Of a stretch of DNA of 64,000 nucleotides, positions 53,388 through 62,603 are shown one piece after another (position 1 is the stretch's first letter; the number at the start of each line of letters is the position of its first letter). The DNA lies in contig CAWHQT010000020.1 in the NCBI GenBank assembly GCA_963831555.1, positions 12,099 through 76,098 of the forward strand, written 5' to 3'. The position numbers were made by a program, and so were the translations under genes. The notes under the pieces are model-generated. The model ran no database searches and was not told the origin of the DNA. It worked only from the letters and a program-made list of their open reading frames with translations. The stretch is from an uncultured delta proteobacterium. Its GTDB lineage: Bacteria; Myxococcota_A; Polyangia; Polyangiales; Polyangiaceae.

Positions 53388-55190
53388 TTACCGATAGCCG
53401 CTCGCTTGAAGCTCGAACATGTGCGCGTAACGGCCATGCGCGGCGACGAGTTCGTCATGCGTTCCCAGCTCCACGACGCGGCCATGCTCGAGCACGACGA
53501 TGCGGTCGGCCATGCGGACGGTCGGAAAGCGGTGCGAGATCACGATGGTCGTGCGCCCTCGGGCGAGCGTGCGAAAGCGCTCGAAGACGTAGTGCTCCGC
53601 TTCCGCGTCGAGCGACGCGGTGGGCTCGTCCAGCACGAGGATGTCCGCCTCTTCGCGCATGAACGCGCGTGAAAGCGCGATCTTCTGCCACTGCCCGCCC
53701 GAGAGCTCCGTCCCATCGCGAAACCAGTGACCGAGCGACGTATCGAGCCCCCGCGGCAATTCCGCGATGACCTCCGCCGCGCCCCCTTCGTCCGCGGCGC
53801 GTCGAATGCGTGCGTCGTCATCGACGTGCGGAGCGTCGCCGAGCCCGACGTTGTCGCGCACGGACAGTTGGTATTGATTGAAGTCTTGGAACACCACCCC
53901 GAAGCGCGCCCGCAGTAGCGCCTCGTCCCAATCGCCGAGCTCTTTGCCATCGAGAAGGATGCGGCCCCGCGTGGGCTCGTAGAGCCCTGTCAGGAGCTTC
54001 ACGATCGTCGTCTTTCCCGCGCCGTTCTCGCCCACCAGCGCGACGCTCGCTCCGTGGGGCAACGAGAGGGAGAGGTCGTCCACCGCCCAGTCCGTCTTGC
54101 CGGGGTAACGAAAGGAAACATGATCGAACACGATCCCCCGTGTAGCGGGCGCGACGTCGTTCGACCGTCGCTGCACGGGCTTCGGATCGGAGCCAGGGGT
54201 CTCCAGGAATTCGAAGAGATTCGACATGTAGAGGTTCTGCTCGTAGATGCCTCCGACGGATGCGAGGACGGACTGAAACGCTTGCTGTCCTTGCCGGAAG
54301 GAGACCACGTAGAGCGTGAGGTTGCCGATCGTGATGCGAGCCGCCGCTGCCGCGAGCGCCATGGCCACGTACGCCGCGTAGAATGCAATCGTGGCGACCA
54401 ACGAAAGGAGCTGGCCGAGCGTGCGGCGGACGGCAACGCTCCTATCCTCCTGGAAAAGCTGCTCGGCGAGCGAGCGGTAGCGCGCGAGAAGCGGTGCCCC
54501 GAGCGCGAAGAGCTTCACCTCTTTGGCGTGCTCGTCGTTCGCGAGCACGTGTTCCAGGTACGTGAGCCGCCGCCACTCCTGCGACCGGCGATTGCGCATT
54601 TGGAATGTGAGCTTCGAAGCGCGCATCTCCGCCACGGTGGCTGGGATGGTCGCGACCAGGAGGATCAGGACGATCCAGAGGCTGAAACGAGCGAGCAACG
54701 CGGCGTATCCGGCGAGCATGACGACGCTCTGGACGAGACCGAAGCTCTCGCGAACGAGCTGCAGCGGACGCGTGGATGCTTCACGGCGCGCTCGCGTCAT
54801 CTTGTCGTAAAAGTCGGAGTCCTCGAACGCGGCGAGGCGCAGTCCCGTCGCTTTTTCGAGGATGGCCACGTTCACGTCGATGCCCAGGCGCAGCCCGAGC
54901 ACCTGGCTGACGAGCGAAAGGCCGCGTTGCAGCGCCGTCTGCACGGCAACGAGTGCAAATTCGATGAGCACCCAAGAGAGCACGTGGGACGCGTCGTGCG
55001 CGACGACCGCATCGACGATTCTCTTCCCCGCCCATGCGGTCGCCGGAGGGACCAACGCGGCGCCCATCGTCATGCCCCCCATGCCCGCGGTGAGCCCGGG
55101 CGAAGCGCGCCACACCATGGCCACGGCCCGCGCCGCGTGGCGCGCGCTCCGTCGTGTTTGCTCGATGCGCGAGGACGCCTTGGCGGTCAC
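53388..55190 (-). CDS. ABC exporter, fused permease and ATPase (MsbA/ABCB type)
   Basis: Six TM helices are followed by Walker A GENGAGKTT, the signature LSGGQ, and Walker B ILVLDEPT. The preferred start is GTG 55190, which overlaps the SurA stop as GTGA. The track start is 55235. Confidence 0.85.
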   Translation of the reverse strand: MTAKASSRIEQTRRSARHAARAVAMVWRASPGLTAGMGGMTMGAALVPPATAWAGKRIVDAVVAHDASHVLSWVLIEFALVAVQTALQRGLSLVSQVLGLRLGIDVNVAILEKATGLRLAAFEDSDFYDKMTRARREASTRPLQLVRESFGLVQSVVMLAGYAALLARFSLWIVLILLVATIPATVAEMRASKLTFQMRNRRSQEWRRLTYLEHVLANDEHAKEVKLFALGAPLLARYRSLAEQLFQEDRSVAVRRTLGQLLSLVATIAFYAAYVAMALAAAAARITIGNLTLYVVSFRQGQQAFQSVLASVGGIYEQNLYMSNLFEFLETPGSDPKPVQRRSNDVAPATRGIVFDHVSFRYPGKTDWAVDDLSLSLPHGASVALVGENGAGKTTIVKLLTGLYEPTRGRILLDGKELGDWDEALLRARFGVVFQDFNQYQLSVRDNVGLGDAPHVDDDARIRRAADEGGAAEVIAELPRGLDTSLGHWFRDGTELSGGQWQKIALSRAFMREEADILVLDEPTASLDAEAEHYVFERFRTLARGRTTIVISHRFPTVRMADRIVVLEHGRVVELGTHDELVAAHGRYAHMFELQASGYR

Positions 55191-56200
55191 AAGCGAACGT
55201 CGATATAGACGTTGCGACGAAGATCTTGGAGCCACTGCTTGCGGGCGCGTTCGAGTCCCTCGAGGAGCGCGCGCTGCATCATCTCGTTCTTCATCTCGTC
55301 GTACGAAGGTGTGCGCGCTTGCCCGAGCGGCATGAGTATGACCAGCGCCTGCTCCGCCCCCGTCGTCACGTCGACGGGATCCGACACGGTGCCCGGCTTC
55401 ATCGTGCGCAGGGCCTCTTGGATGGGTGCAAGGAGTCCCGCGATGGGCTGCGGGCCGTGCGAGCCACAGGCGTCCCGCGTCGACACGTCGTCGCTATACT
55501 GGGACACCAAGCGGCAAAAGTCCTCCCCTTCACGGGCCCGCCGCACCAGCTCCTGCGCGAGCAGAAGGCGCGCGTCGGCCTGGGCTTTCGACGGCGGCAC
55601 GCGCAGCGCGAGAATTCGCACGTCGATCGGTTCCTGATCGTGCATTTCTTGAACCCAATGCTTGTACGTAGCGCGCGCGTCCTGCTCGGTGACCCGAACG
55701 CGCGGGCGCACGCGGAGCTCAATTAGCTTGCCATCCAATATCTGCCGCCGGATCTCGTCGCGGAAGTCCTGTTCCGTCATGCCCCGGCGCCGGATCTCGT
55801 CCAAAACGTCCGCCACCGTCAGCGCCCGACCCTGCTGCGCTTGCGCCTGCGAGGCAATGTTCGCGATGCCGCGATCGATCTCTTCTTGCGTCGCCTTGAG
55901 GTGGGCTCTGTCGGCCTGCTGCTCCTCCAGACGATCGTCGATCATCCGATTCAGGAGCTCTTTATACATCTCCTGCTCTTGAACGCTGATGACGTTCGGA
56001 TCTTGCGTCTGAGCGCGTATCTGCACGCGCCCCGCAATCGCGCGGTGCACGAGCTCCGTCCACAGGACCGGGCGCTCTCCGATGACCGCGACGACTCGCT
56101 CGACGATCGTTGCTTTGGCCGGCGGCGCAAGCAGGGTGAGGGTGGCGAAGATCAGCCAGATCACCCTGAGCCTGGCGCTGGGGAGTGTTCTTCTTAACAT
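55187..56200 (-). CDS. SurA-like periplasmic chaperone / PpiC-type peptidyl-prolyl isomerase
   Basis: A signal peptide is followed by a SurA_N-like start (IVERVVAVIGERPVLWTEL) and a parvulin-like region (ILALRVP...ELVRRAREGEDFCRLVSQYSDD). Confidence 0.7.
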   Translation of the reverse strand: MLRRTLPSARLRVIWLIFATLTLLAPPAKATIVERVVAVIGERPVLWTELVHRAIAGRVQIRAQTQDPNVISVQEQEMYKELLNRMIDDRLEEQQADRAHLKATQEEIDRGIANIASQAQAQQGRALTVADVLDEIRRRGMTEQDFRDEIRRQILDGKLIELRVRPRVRVTEQDARATYKHWVQEMHDQEPIDVRILALRVPPSKAQADARLLLAQELVRRAREGEDFCRLVSQYSDDVSTRDACGSHGPQPIAGLLAPIQEALRTMKPGTVSDPVDVTTGAEQALVILMPLGQARTPSYDEMKNEMMQRALLEGLERARKQWLQDLRRNVYIDVRL

Positions 56201-56254
56201 CACCCAAGTTACCCTGGAGGTGTGCCCGGAAACGGCGCGGCCCGGGGGCCCACG

Positions 56255-56650
56255 TTAGCGCTTCGAATACTGGAACCGCTTGCGGGCGCCTGGTTGCCCG
56301 TACTTCTTGCGTTCCTTCTTCCGCGCGTCGCGCGTGAGGAAGCCCGCTCGCTTTACCGCGCCGCGCTTTTCCGGATCGAGCGTGATGAGCGCTCGCGCGA
56401 TGCCATGGCGCATCGCCTCCGCCTGCGCGCTCTTGCCGCCGCCCGAGCACGTAGCCCAGACGTCGAACTGGTCTTGCGCCTCGATGAGCTCAAGGGCCTG
56501 CCGAAGGACCATGCGCGAAGTCTCACGCTCGAAGTACTGATCGACGGGCAGCCCGTTGACCATAATCGTACCGCTCCCGGCTTTGAGCCAGATGCGTGCG
56601 ATGGCGGTCTTGCGCTTGCCAGTGGCATAGGTGCGGGTGTCGGTGGCCAT
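56255..56650 (-). CDS. rpsI: 30S ribosomal protein S9
   Basis: [13 protein letters not shown]...[19 protein letters not shown]...[25 protein letters not shown]. Confidence 0.97.
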   Translation of the reverse strand: MATDTRTYATGKRKTAIARIWLKAGSGTIMVNGLPVDQYFERETSRMVLRQALELIEAQDQFDVWATCSGGGKSAQAEAMRHGIARALITLDPEKRGAVKRAGFLTRDARKKERKKYGQPGARKRFQYSKR

Positions 56651-56675
56651 GTCTACTCGTTTGACTCGGCTGCGT

Positions 56676-57179
56676 TCACGAGGGCTGGGCGATCACGGCC
56701 GTGGTGCGTATCTGCAAAGGCTGAGGCTTCTGGGCGGCATGAGGGTGATCCGGTGTAACGTAAATCTTCAGTTTCGTTAGCATTTGGCGACCGAGGACGC
56801 CCTTCGGCAGCATTCCGCGAACGGCCTTCTCGACGGGAAAGGTACCTTTCCGCGCGAGAAGATGGCGGTAGCTCTCGGCTTGGAAGCCGCCCGGGATGCC
56901 CGAATGATGGTAGTAGAACTTCTTGTCGAGCTTCGAGCCCGTGAGGAGCACTTTGTCCGCGTTCACCACGACCACGAAGTCGCCGGTGTCCTCATGGGGA
57001 GTGTACTGCGGCTTGTGTTTACCGCGAAGCACGCTCGCCACTTCACTCGCAAGCCGACCAAGGGGCTTACCGGTCGCGTCGACGACCCACCACGCGCGCG
57101 ATGCGTGCGCCTGCGCCGTGGTCATGACGAAGGTTTTTTGCGACCTGCGCGTATTGGGCTGCGACTGCGTGGAGGACAT
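56676..57179 (-). CDS. rplM: 50S ribosomal protein L13
   Basis: [44 protein letters not shown]...[10 protein letters not shown]. The start is ATG 57179, or alternatively 57125. Confidence 0.95.
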   Translation of the reverse strand: MSSTQSQPNTRRSQKTFVMTTAQAHASRAWWVVDATGKPLGRLASEVASVLRGKHKPQYTPHEDTGDFVVVVNADKVLLTGSKLDKKFYYHHSGIPGGFQAESYRHLLARKGTFPVEKAVRGMLPKGVLGRQMLTKLKIYVTPDHPHAAQKPQPLQIRTTAVIAQPS

Positions 57180-57388
57180 GGCCTGTTCGCGACTTCTCCG
57201 AGGGAACGCATGCGAGCGCACGAGGCCCGCCAAAGGGGGGCGGAAAGTACGCGGCGAGGCCCTCGCTGTCAAGCCGGGGTGTGGTGTTCTAGTGAAGTCA
57301 CCCGGGTCAGCCTGAGTCTCGCTCCGCCTTGCCTCCGGCACTGATCATTTGTCGCATCTTGGTCCGTGCCGGCCGCATGTTCTCGCAT

Positions 57389-57538
57389 CCCCGGCATGAA
57401 TGCCGGGGCAACTCGGACAGCGGTTACGCGAAGCCCGCCGCTGGCGGGCTACGACAAACGACAGACTGGATCGACGTAGCCCGCCAGCGGCGGGCTTTGT
57501 GCTCCGCTTCCAGGGGTGCCCCGGCATTTATGCCGGGG
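57389..57538. repeat. Array of four GC-rich hairpins (two types, ordered H1-H2-H2'-H1')
   Basis: H1 is ccccggca-tgaa-tgccgggg (57389..57408). H2 is agcccgcc-gct-ggcgggct (57432..57450). H2' is agcccgcc-agc-ggcgggct (57478..57496). H1' is ccccggca-ttta-tgccgggg (57519..57538). Confidence 0.85.
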
Positions 57539-57598
57539 GCGCCCGAGATGTGACGAATGATGAGGCCTCCGGCAAGGCTCCGCTCGACAAAAGGGGCT

Positions 57599-57672
57599 CG
57601 CACGGCACGTCGAGGGGAGCGATGCCGCTCCACCTCGAGCTCCCCAGCAGGGCAAGACGCGCTCGCTTCCTA
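57599..57672. repeat. Hairpin repeat family, copy R5 (variant subtype)
   Basis: cgcacggcacgtcgaggggagcgatgccgctccacctcgagctccccagcagggcaagacgcgctcgcttcctac. Confidence 0.75.
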
Positions 57673-57706
57673 CGCCCCGCCGCCGGGCGAAGGGATACCG
57701 CGACGT

Positions 57707-58408
57707 TCATGACCACGCGCCGTCCTTCAATAGCTCATGGGGGCGAAACGCCGCCTTGTATTGGAGCGACGCGCATCCCGCGACGCGATAGCCGAGATAC
57801 ACGTACTTGCGCCCCGCCGTCCGCGCGTCTTCCACGAGGGACACCACGTTGCTCGTGCCCGGCGACAGCCGCGCATAGTCGGGATCGTAGAAGAAGAACG
57901 CGGCGGAGAGCGCTTGCGGCGTTTCGTCGAAGAGCCCCAAACCCACCAGGCGGCCGGCCGCCTCGTCATCGTAGAAGGCGGCTTCTTGGGCGGACGGGTG
58001 GGGGAACGCAAACTCCAGAGCGTACCGGTCGCGCGTCTGCGGATTGGCGTCCCAACCGCGCGCCTCTTCGCGCCCGGCGTGCCAGCGGGCGTAGAGAGCG
58101 AGGCGCGCGTCATCGACCCGCGGCGGCCCCACGACGCGGCGGAGGCGTGCGCACGCGCGGGCTGCTCGCCGCTGGCTCTTGCTCGGAGCGAAGTCTCTGG
58201 CGAGGACGCGCAAGCTCACGCACTCGGCGCAACTGGCGCAAGCCGGGCGAAAATAGATCGGGCCGAAGCGGCGCCAGCCCCGTTCGAGCAGCGTGTCCAG
58301 CTCGACGGGACTCACGTCCTCCATTACTCGGATATCGAGGCGGGCGCGCTCGCCGGGCAAGTACGCACAGGAGCGCTGTTTCTCGCGGAATTGCTCGAGG
58401 ATATGCAT
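57707..58408 (-). CDS. bpt: Arginyltransferase-family protein (bacterial Asp/Glu leucyltransferase Bpt type)
   Basis: CAYLPGE...GWRRFGPIYFRPACASCAEC...YDPDYARLSPGT...YVYLGYRVAGCASLQYKAAFRPHE are ATE_N and ATE_C motifs. Confidence 0.8.
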   Translation of the reverse strand: MHILEQFREKQRSCAYLPGERARLDIRVMEDVSPVELDTLLERGWRRFGPIYFRPACASCAECVSLRVLARDFAPSKSQRRAARACARLRRVVGPPRVDDARLALYARWHAGREEARGWDANPQTRDRYALEFAFPHPSAQEAAFYDDEAAGRLVGLGLFDETPQALSAAFFFYDPDYARLSPGTSNVVSLVEDARTAGRKYVYLGYRVAGCASLQYKAAFRPHELLKDGAWS

Positions 58409-58463
58409 GAATGCGGCTCGCTCCGGGGCTCCGCGCTGGCGGCTCGTGCAGGCGAGCGCGCAC

Positions 58464-58512
58464 TCTAGAGCGACCGTAGATTGAACGGAACACCGTACGC
58501 GGTCGCTCTAGA
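58464..58512. promoter_or_regulatory. 13-bp perfect inverted repeat with a 23-nt spacer in the bpt / GT2 divergent intergenic region (candidate operator or hairpin)
   Basis: tctagagcgaccg (58464..58476) pairs with cggtcgctctaga (58500..58512). Confidence 0.4.
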
Positions 58513-58606
58513 ATTCATGTGCGTCGCGTCCGTCTTTCGAATGTTCCATTCAAAAGACTCCTTCCTCTAACGCAAAAGAGGCCCATGCTAAGGTCGCGCC
58601 CTCCCG

Positions 58607-59665
58607 TTGACTCCGCCCGCGTCTGACCACTCCGTGACGTATAGCGTCGTCGTTCCTGTCTTCAACGAAGAGGGAAACGTGGAGTCTCTGGCGTCGCGCG
58701 TCATCGCCACCATGGATCGCCTGGGCGCGCCGTTCGAGCTACTTTTCGTTGACGACGGCTCGCGCGACGGCACCCCCGAGCGCTTGCGCGCGCTCGCGGC
58801 GCGCGACGCGCGCATATGCGTCGTTCGTTTCACTCGCAACTACGGCCAGGAGGCCGCCGTCGAAGCGCTCTACCTCAACGCGCGGGGCCGATGGCTCATC
58901 CAAATGGACGGAGATCTTCAACACCCTCCCGAGGAAATCCCGAAGCTCGTTTCCAAGAAGAACGAGGGATACGACGTCGTCTACGGCATACGGCACGAAC
59001 GGCAAGATTCGCCGTTGCGCATCGCCGCGTCGCGCGCCATGCAGTGGGGAATGCGCTCGATGATGGAAATCGAGCTTCCGGACGACGTGTCGACCTTTCG
59101 CCTGATGAGCGCGCCCATCGCCCGGCTTGTCGCCGCGCTGCCGGAAAGGCGCAAGTTCTTCAGCGCGCTCCTCGTCTGGAGTGGAGCGCGGATCGGGACG
59201 GTGAACGTGAAGCACGCGCCCAGGCACACCGGCGCGTCGCACTATGGCTTTTCGAAGCTCCTCAATCACACGTTCGATCTCATCGTCGGCTTCTCTAGCA
59301 AACCGCTCCGCTACATCGGAACGCTCGGCTTCGTGTTCGCGGCCATCGGTCTCTGCCTCGGGGCGTGGGTCATCGCACGCAAGCTTCTATGGGACTACGG
59401 TATCATGGGGTGGCCCTCTCTCTTCGCCGCGGTCGTAATCCTCGGGGGTGTGCAGCTCATGGCCACGAGCGTCATCGGCGAATACATCGCGCGCATTTAC
59501 GTTCAGGCGCAGGCGCGCCCCCTCTATACCGTCGCCGAACGTCTGAACTTCGACCAGGCCCAGGGCCCCGACGAGCTGCAGCGCGCCTCGCTCGCCCCCA
59601 ACGCGTCCGCCTCCGGGACCCCGCCGGTCGGCCCGAATTCGGTCGCAAAGAGGGCCATCTCGTGA
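58607..59665 (+). CDS. Family-2 glycosyltransferase, polyprenyl-phosphate sugar transferase type (ArnC/GtrB/DPM1-like), with two C-terminal TM segments
   Basis: YSVVVPVFNEEGN, FVDDGSRDGT and MDGDLQHPPEEIP (DxD region) are present. The C-terminal TM pair is LGFVFAAIGLCLGAWVI / LFAAVVILGGVQLMATSVIGEY. The start is TTG 58607 or GTG 58634. Confidence 0.85.
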   Translation: MTPPASDHSVTYSVVVPVFNEEGNVESLASRVIATMDRLGAPFELLFVDDGSRDGTPERLRALAARDARICVVRFTRNYGQEAAVEALYLNARGRWLIQMDGDLQHPPEEIPKLVSKKNEGYDVVYGIRHERQDSPLRIAASRAMQWGMRSMMEIELPDDVSTFRLMSAPIARLVAALPERRKFFSALLVWSGARIGTVNVKHAPRHTGASHYGFSKLLNHTFDLIVGFSSKPLRYIGTLGFVFAAIGLCLGAWVIARKLLWDYGIMGWPSLFAAVVILGGVQLMATSVIGEYIARIYVQAQARPLYTVAERLNFDQAQGPDELQRASLAPNASASGTPPVGPNSVAKRAIS

Positions 59666-60903
59666 CGCGCGTGATGATCGTGGGGTGCGGCTTCCCGCAG
59701 CTCTCGCTCGTGCGCGCCGCGAAGCGGCAGGGCCTCTTCGTCATCGGCGCGGACGCCAACCCGCGTGCGGTCGCGGTCGCTCATTGCGACGAGTTTTTCG
59801 AAGTCTCGACGAGCGACGTCCACGGCCTCCGTGGCGTCGTTCGCGCCGGGCGCGCAGACGCGGTGACCACGAGCGGAAGCGAAGTGTCGCTCAAAGCGAC
59901 CGCCGAGGTGGCGGCGCGCGAAGGGTTGCCTTTCTACGCCGAGCCAGAAACCGTCCGTCGATGCCAGGACAAGGACGTGATGCGCGCAGCGTATGCCGGG
60001 GCCGGGCTCTCGGTCCCTCCCCATGCGCGCTGCGAGTCCATCGCGGACGCGCGCGCGTTCTCCCGGGCCAGGGGTTTTCCCCTCGTGGTCAAGCCCTCTC
60101 GCGGGTGGGGCCAGCGCGGCGTCGCTCGCGTGGAGAGCGACGCGGAGCTCGTCGCCGCGTTCGACCACGCGCGGGCTCACGCGGCCAGCGCCGGCTTGCC
60201 CATCGTCGTCGTCGAAGGGTGGCTCGATGGCCGCGAATATTCGGTGAATGGATGGGTCGAGAACGGGCGGCTTTCGAGCTACTGCGTGACCGAGAGAGTG
60301 ACCGTCGCCGGCAATCGGCCGCTGGGCATCATGATCGCCGAGGTCTACCCCTCGGGTTTGTCGGAGCCCGATGAAGCGCGCGTGGTAGAGGAAGCTCGCC
60401 GCGGCGCCACGGCGCTCGGACACGTGCGCGGGCCCTGCTATTCGCAAGTCGCGCTCGACCCGAAAAGAGGATGCGTTCTCTTCGAGACCGCCGCGCGTCT
60501 CGGCGGCGGCTTCGATGCGGACGTCACGAGGCTCGCGTCCGGGGTGAACCTCTACGATCGGGTGCTCGGCGTGGCGCTCGGCGACGCGACGCTCGAACGG
60601 CAGGGGATCGTGGCTCCAAAACGGAGCGCCGCGATTGCAAAGTTTCTCGTGGCCAAACCCGGGATCGTGCGCGCCGTGCACGGACTCGACACCGCGCGCG
60701 AGACCGAGGGTGTCGAGGACGCCCAGGTCTTCGTGCCTGTCGGCGGTCGCGTCTTCCCGTTGACCGACAGCGCGAAGCGCGCCGCCTACGTTCTCTGCCA
60801 CGGCGCGACGCGCGACGAGGCCCTCGGGCGGGCGGACGCGGCGCTCGCGCGTCTTTGCATCGAAACGACGGCGGACGAGTCGCGAGCGGGGGCCAACGCG
60901 TGA
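59662..60903 (+). CDS. ATP-grasp domain protein
   Basis: The GTG start overlaps the GT2 stop as GTGA. VMIVGCG is a pre-ATP-grasp Rossmann-like start. DKDVMRAAYAGAGLSVP...FPLVVKPSRGWGQRGV...VVVEGWLDGREYSVNG is typical ATP-grasp. Confidence 0.8.
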   Translation: MTRVMIVGCGFPQLSLVRAAKRQGLFVIGADANPRAVAVAHCDEFFEVSTSDVHGLRGVVRAGRADAVTTSGSEVSLKATAEVAAREGLPFYAEPETVRRCQDKDVMRAAYAGAGLSVPPHARCESIADARAFSRARGFPLVVKPSRGWGQRGVARVESDAELVAAFDHARAHAASAGLPIVVVEGWLDGREYSVNGWVENGRLSSYCVTERVTVAGNRPLGIMIAEVYPSGLSEPDEARVVEEARRGATALGHVRGPCYSQVALDPKRGCVLFETAARLGGGFDADVTRLASGVNLYDRVLGVALGDATLERQGIVAPKRSAAIAKFLVAKPGIVRAVHGLDTARETEGVEDAQVFVPVGGRVFPLTDSAKRAAYVLCHGATRDEALGRADAALARLCIETTADESRAGANA

Positions 60904-61727
60904 CGCCGACGGGCAATGGCGTGGGCGGCACGGGATCGGCGGGAGTGTGGCAGCTCTTCAAAGAGCGGAGATCGCGAGGCTCGCTCTACGGAGCGGCGGC
61001 CTACTGGGACGCTCGCGCGTCGGCGCGGCGCGGTATGGCGCGGTCGCTCTGGCCCTCCAATGCGTTCAACGTCGTGTGGGACGAACGTCAACGCGAGATC
61101 GTCGCGCGCGCGCTCGGGGCGTTGCGCGGGCGTCGCGTCGTCGACGTGGGCTGCGGCACCGGTCGCATGGTCCGATGGCTCGCCGAGGACCGCGGCGCGG
61201 GTCACGTCGTCGGTGTGGACTTCTCTCCCGCAACGGTCGATGCGGCGCGCCTCGAGTCGAGCGCGCTCGTTTCGTCGGGCGTCGTCCGCTACGAGCAGGG
61301 CGACGTCGTGGCCGGTCTCGGCACTCTTGGGATCGCCGCGTTCGACGATGCCTTGGTGCTCGGCTGCCTCTCGGTCGCCTGCCCCGATCGCCCAGCGCTC
61401 GAGCGCGCACTCAAGAACGTCGCGGAGCTCGTCCGCCACGAGGGGCGGGTCGTTCTCTTGGAGCCGATCCATCGCTCGCCCCTTTTGCGCCGCGTGCTCG
61501 ATCTGGGCCTCGAAGAGTGGATCGCGTGTGCCAACCGCGCCGGCCTCGCGCTCCTCCACGCCGATCGGATGGGATTCGTTCCCGCGCGCCTGCTGCTCAG
61601 CGTCCGCGACTTGCCGTCGCGGCTGGTCGATCCGTTCTTTTTTGCGGGTGAAAGGCTCCTCGATAGAGCTCCCTGGCTCGCGCCGTTATCGGATTACAAG
61701 CTCTTGCTCTTCGCGCGCACTGGCTGA
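60900..61727 (+). CDS. Class I SAM-dependent methyltransferase
   Basis: The GTG start overlaps the ATP-grasp stop as GTGA. Motif I is VVDVGCGTGRM, followed by VVGVDFSP. Confidence 0.8.
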   Translation: MTPTGNGVGGTGSAGVWQLFKERRSRGSLYGAAAYWDARASARRGMARSLWPSNAFNVVWDERQREIVARALGALRGRRVVDVGCGTGRMVRWLAEDRGAGHVVGVDFSPATVDAARLESSALVSSGVVRYEQGDVVAGLGTLGIAAFDDALVLGCLSVACPDRPALERALKNVAELVRHEGRVVLLEPIHRSPLLRRVLDLGLEEWIACANRAGLALLHADRMGFVPARLLLSVRDLPSRLVDPFFFAGERLLDRAPWLAPLSDYKLLLFARTG

Positions 61728-61775
61728 CGCGGTTGCCCCGCAACCGCCCGCAACCAGGCGCTCTAACCAAGCGTT

Positions 61776-62582
61776 CTAAGGCCGTCCGCAGCGGGCGGCC
61801 CAGATGACCGCTCCCACCACCAGCAAAGCGAGCGCGAAAATCAGCCTTTGCTTGCGCCATTGGCGCCGGCGAGCCCGCGCCGCATCGAGCGCCGCGAGCT
61901 CGACTTCCGCGCCGCTCGTGCGGTCGAGGGCCCGCAGCTCGTCGGGGGCGATGCCCCGATAGCCGCCGAGGCCGCCAGCGCGGGCGAACTCAATCTGCTG
62001 CTCCTGGAGCTGCGTCGACAACGCAGCCAACCGGACGCACGCCCCCACGCACATCTCGAGCAGGCGCTTGACCTCACCCGGCTGCTCGATGAATCCCCCT
62101 TTGTCGAAGCACAGCTCCCGCGCCGCGACCGTGAGCCGGCACGGCCAAAATGTCAGCAGAGCGGCACGAATGGGCTCATCGAGAATGGCCCGCGCGACCT
62201 CCGACGGGGCCGCTTCGACGATGAACGCGTCGTCGAACGCGTCGTCGCCCAGGACGAGGTCAATTGCGCGCCCTTTCTCGACGTGCCGCAGTTCGCCTGC
62301 GGTTTGCGGCCGTAGTTCCATTTCGAGGCGGGGGCAGTCGGCGGGAATGAGCGTGGTGCAAAACGTTCGGCTCGGCACGTTTTTACCCCCGGGGCGAAGC
62401 TCGTACGTGACGGCCATTCCGCCCGCGGATCCCATGACCGTATTGCCTGTGCTCACGGGCGCTGCGCCGAGGGCGCGGAGCTCGTCGGCCACGACGCGAA
62501 GGCGCTCCTGCTTGGCCCCGTACGCCGAGACCACGACGGCAACCGCAATGGCCGCAAATAGAAGGAATACCAGGATCGACAT
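61776..62582 (-). CDS. Hypothetical protein with N- and C-terminal TM anchors
   Basis: 268-aa ORF. MSILVFLLFAAIAVAVVVSAYG lies at the N-terminus and LIFALALLVVGAVIWAA at the C-terminus. Confidence 0.5.
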   Translation of the reverse strand: MSILVFLLFAAIAVAVVVSAYGAKQERLRVVADELRALGAAPVSTGNTVMGSAGGMAVTYELRPGGKNVPSRTFCTTLIPADCPRLEMELRPQTAGELRHVEKGRAIDLVLGDDAFDDAFIVEAAPSEVARAILDEPIRAALLTFWPCRLTVAARELCFDKGGFIEQPGEVKRLLEMCVGACVRLAALSTQLQEQQIEFARAGGLGGYRGIAPDELRALDRTSGAEVELAALDAARARRRQWRKQRLIFALALLVVGAVIWAARCGRP

Positions 62583-62603
62583 GCGCCTGCTTACGAGCGC
62601 ACA

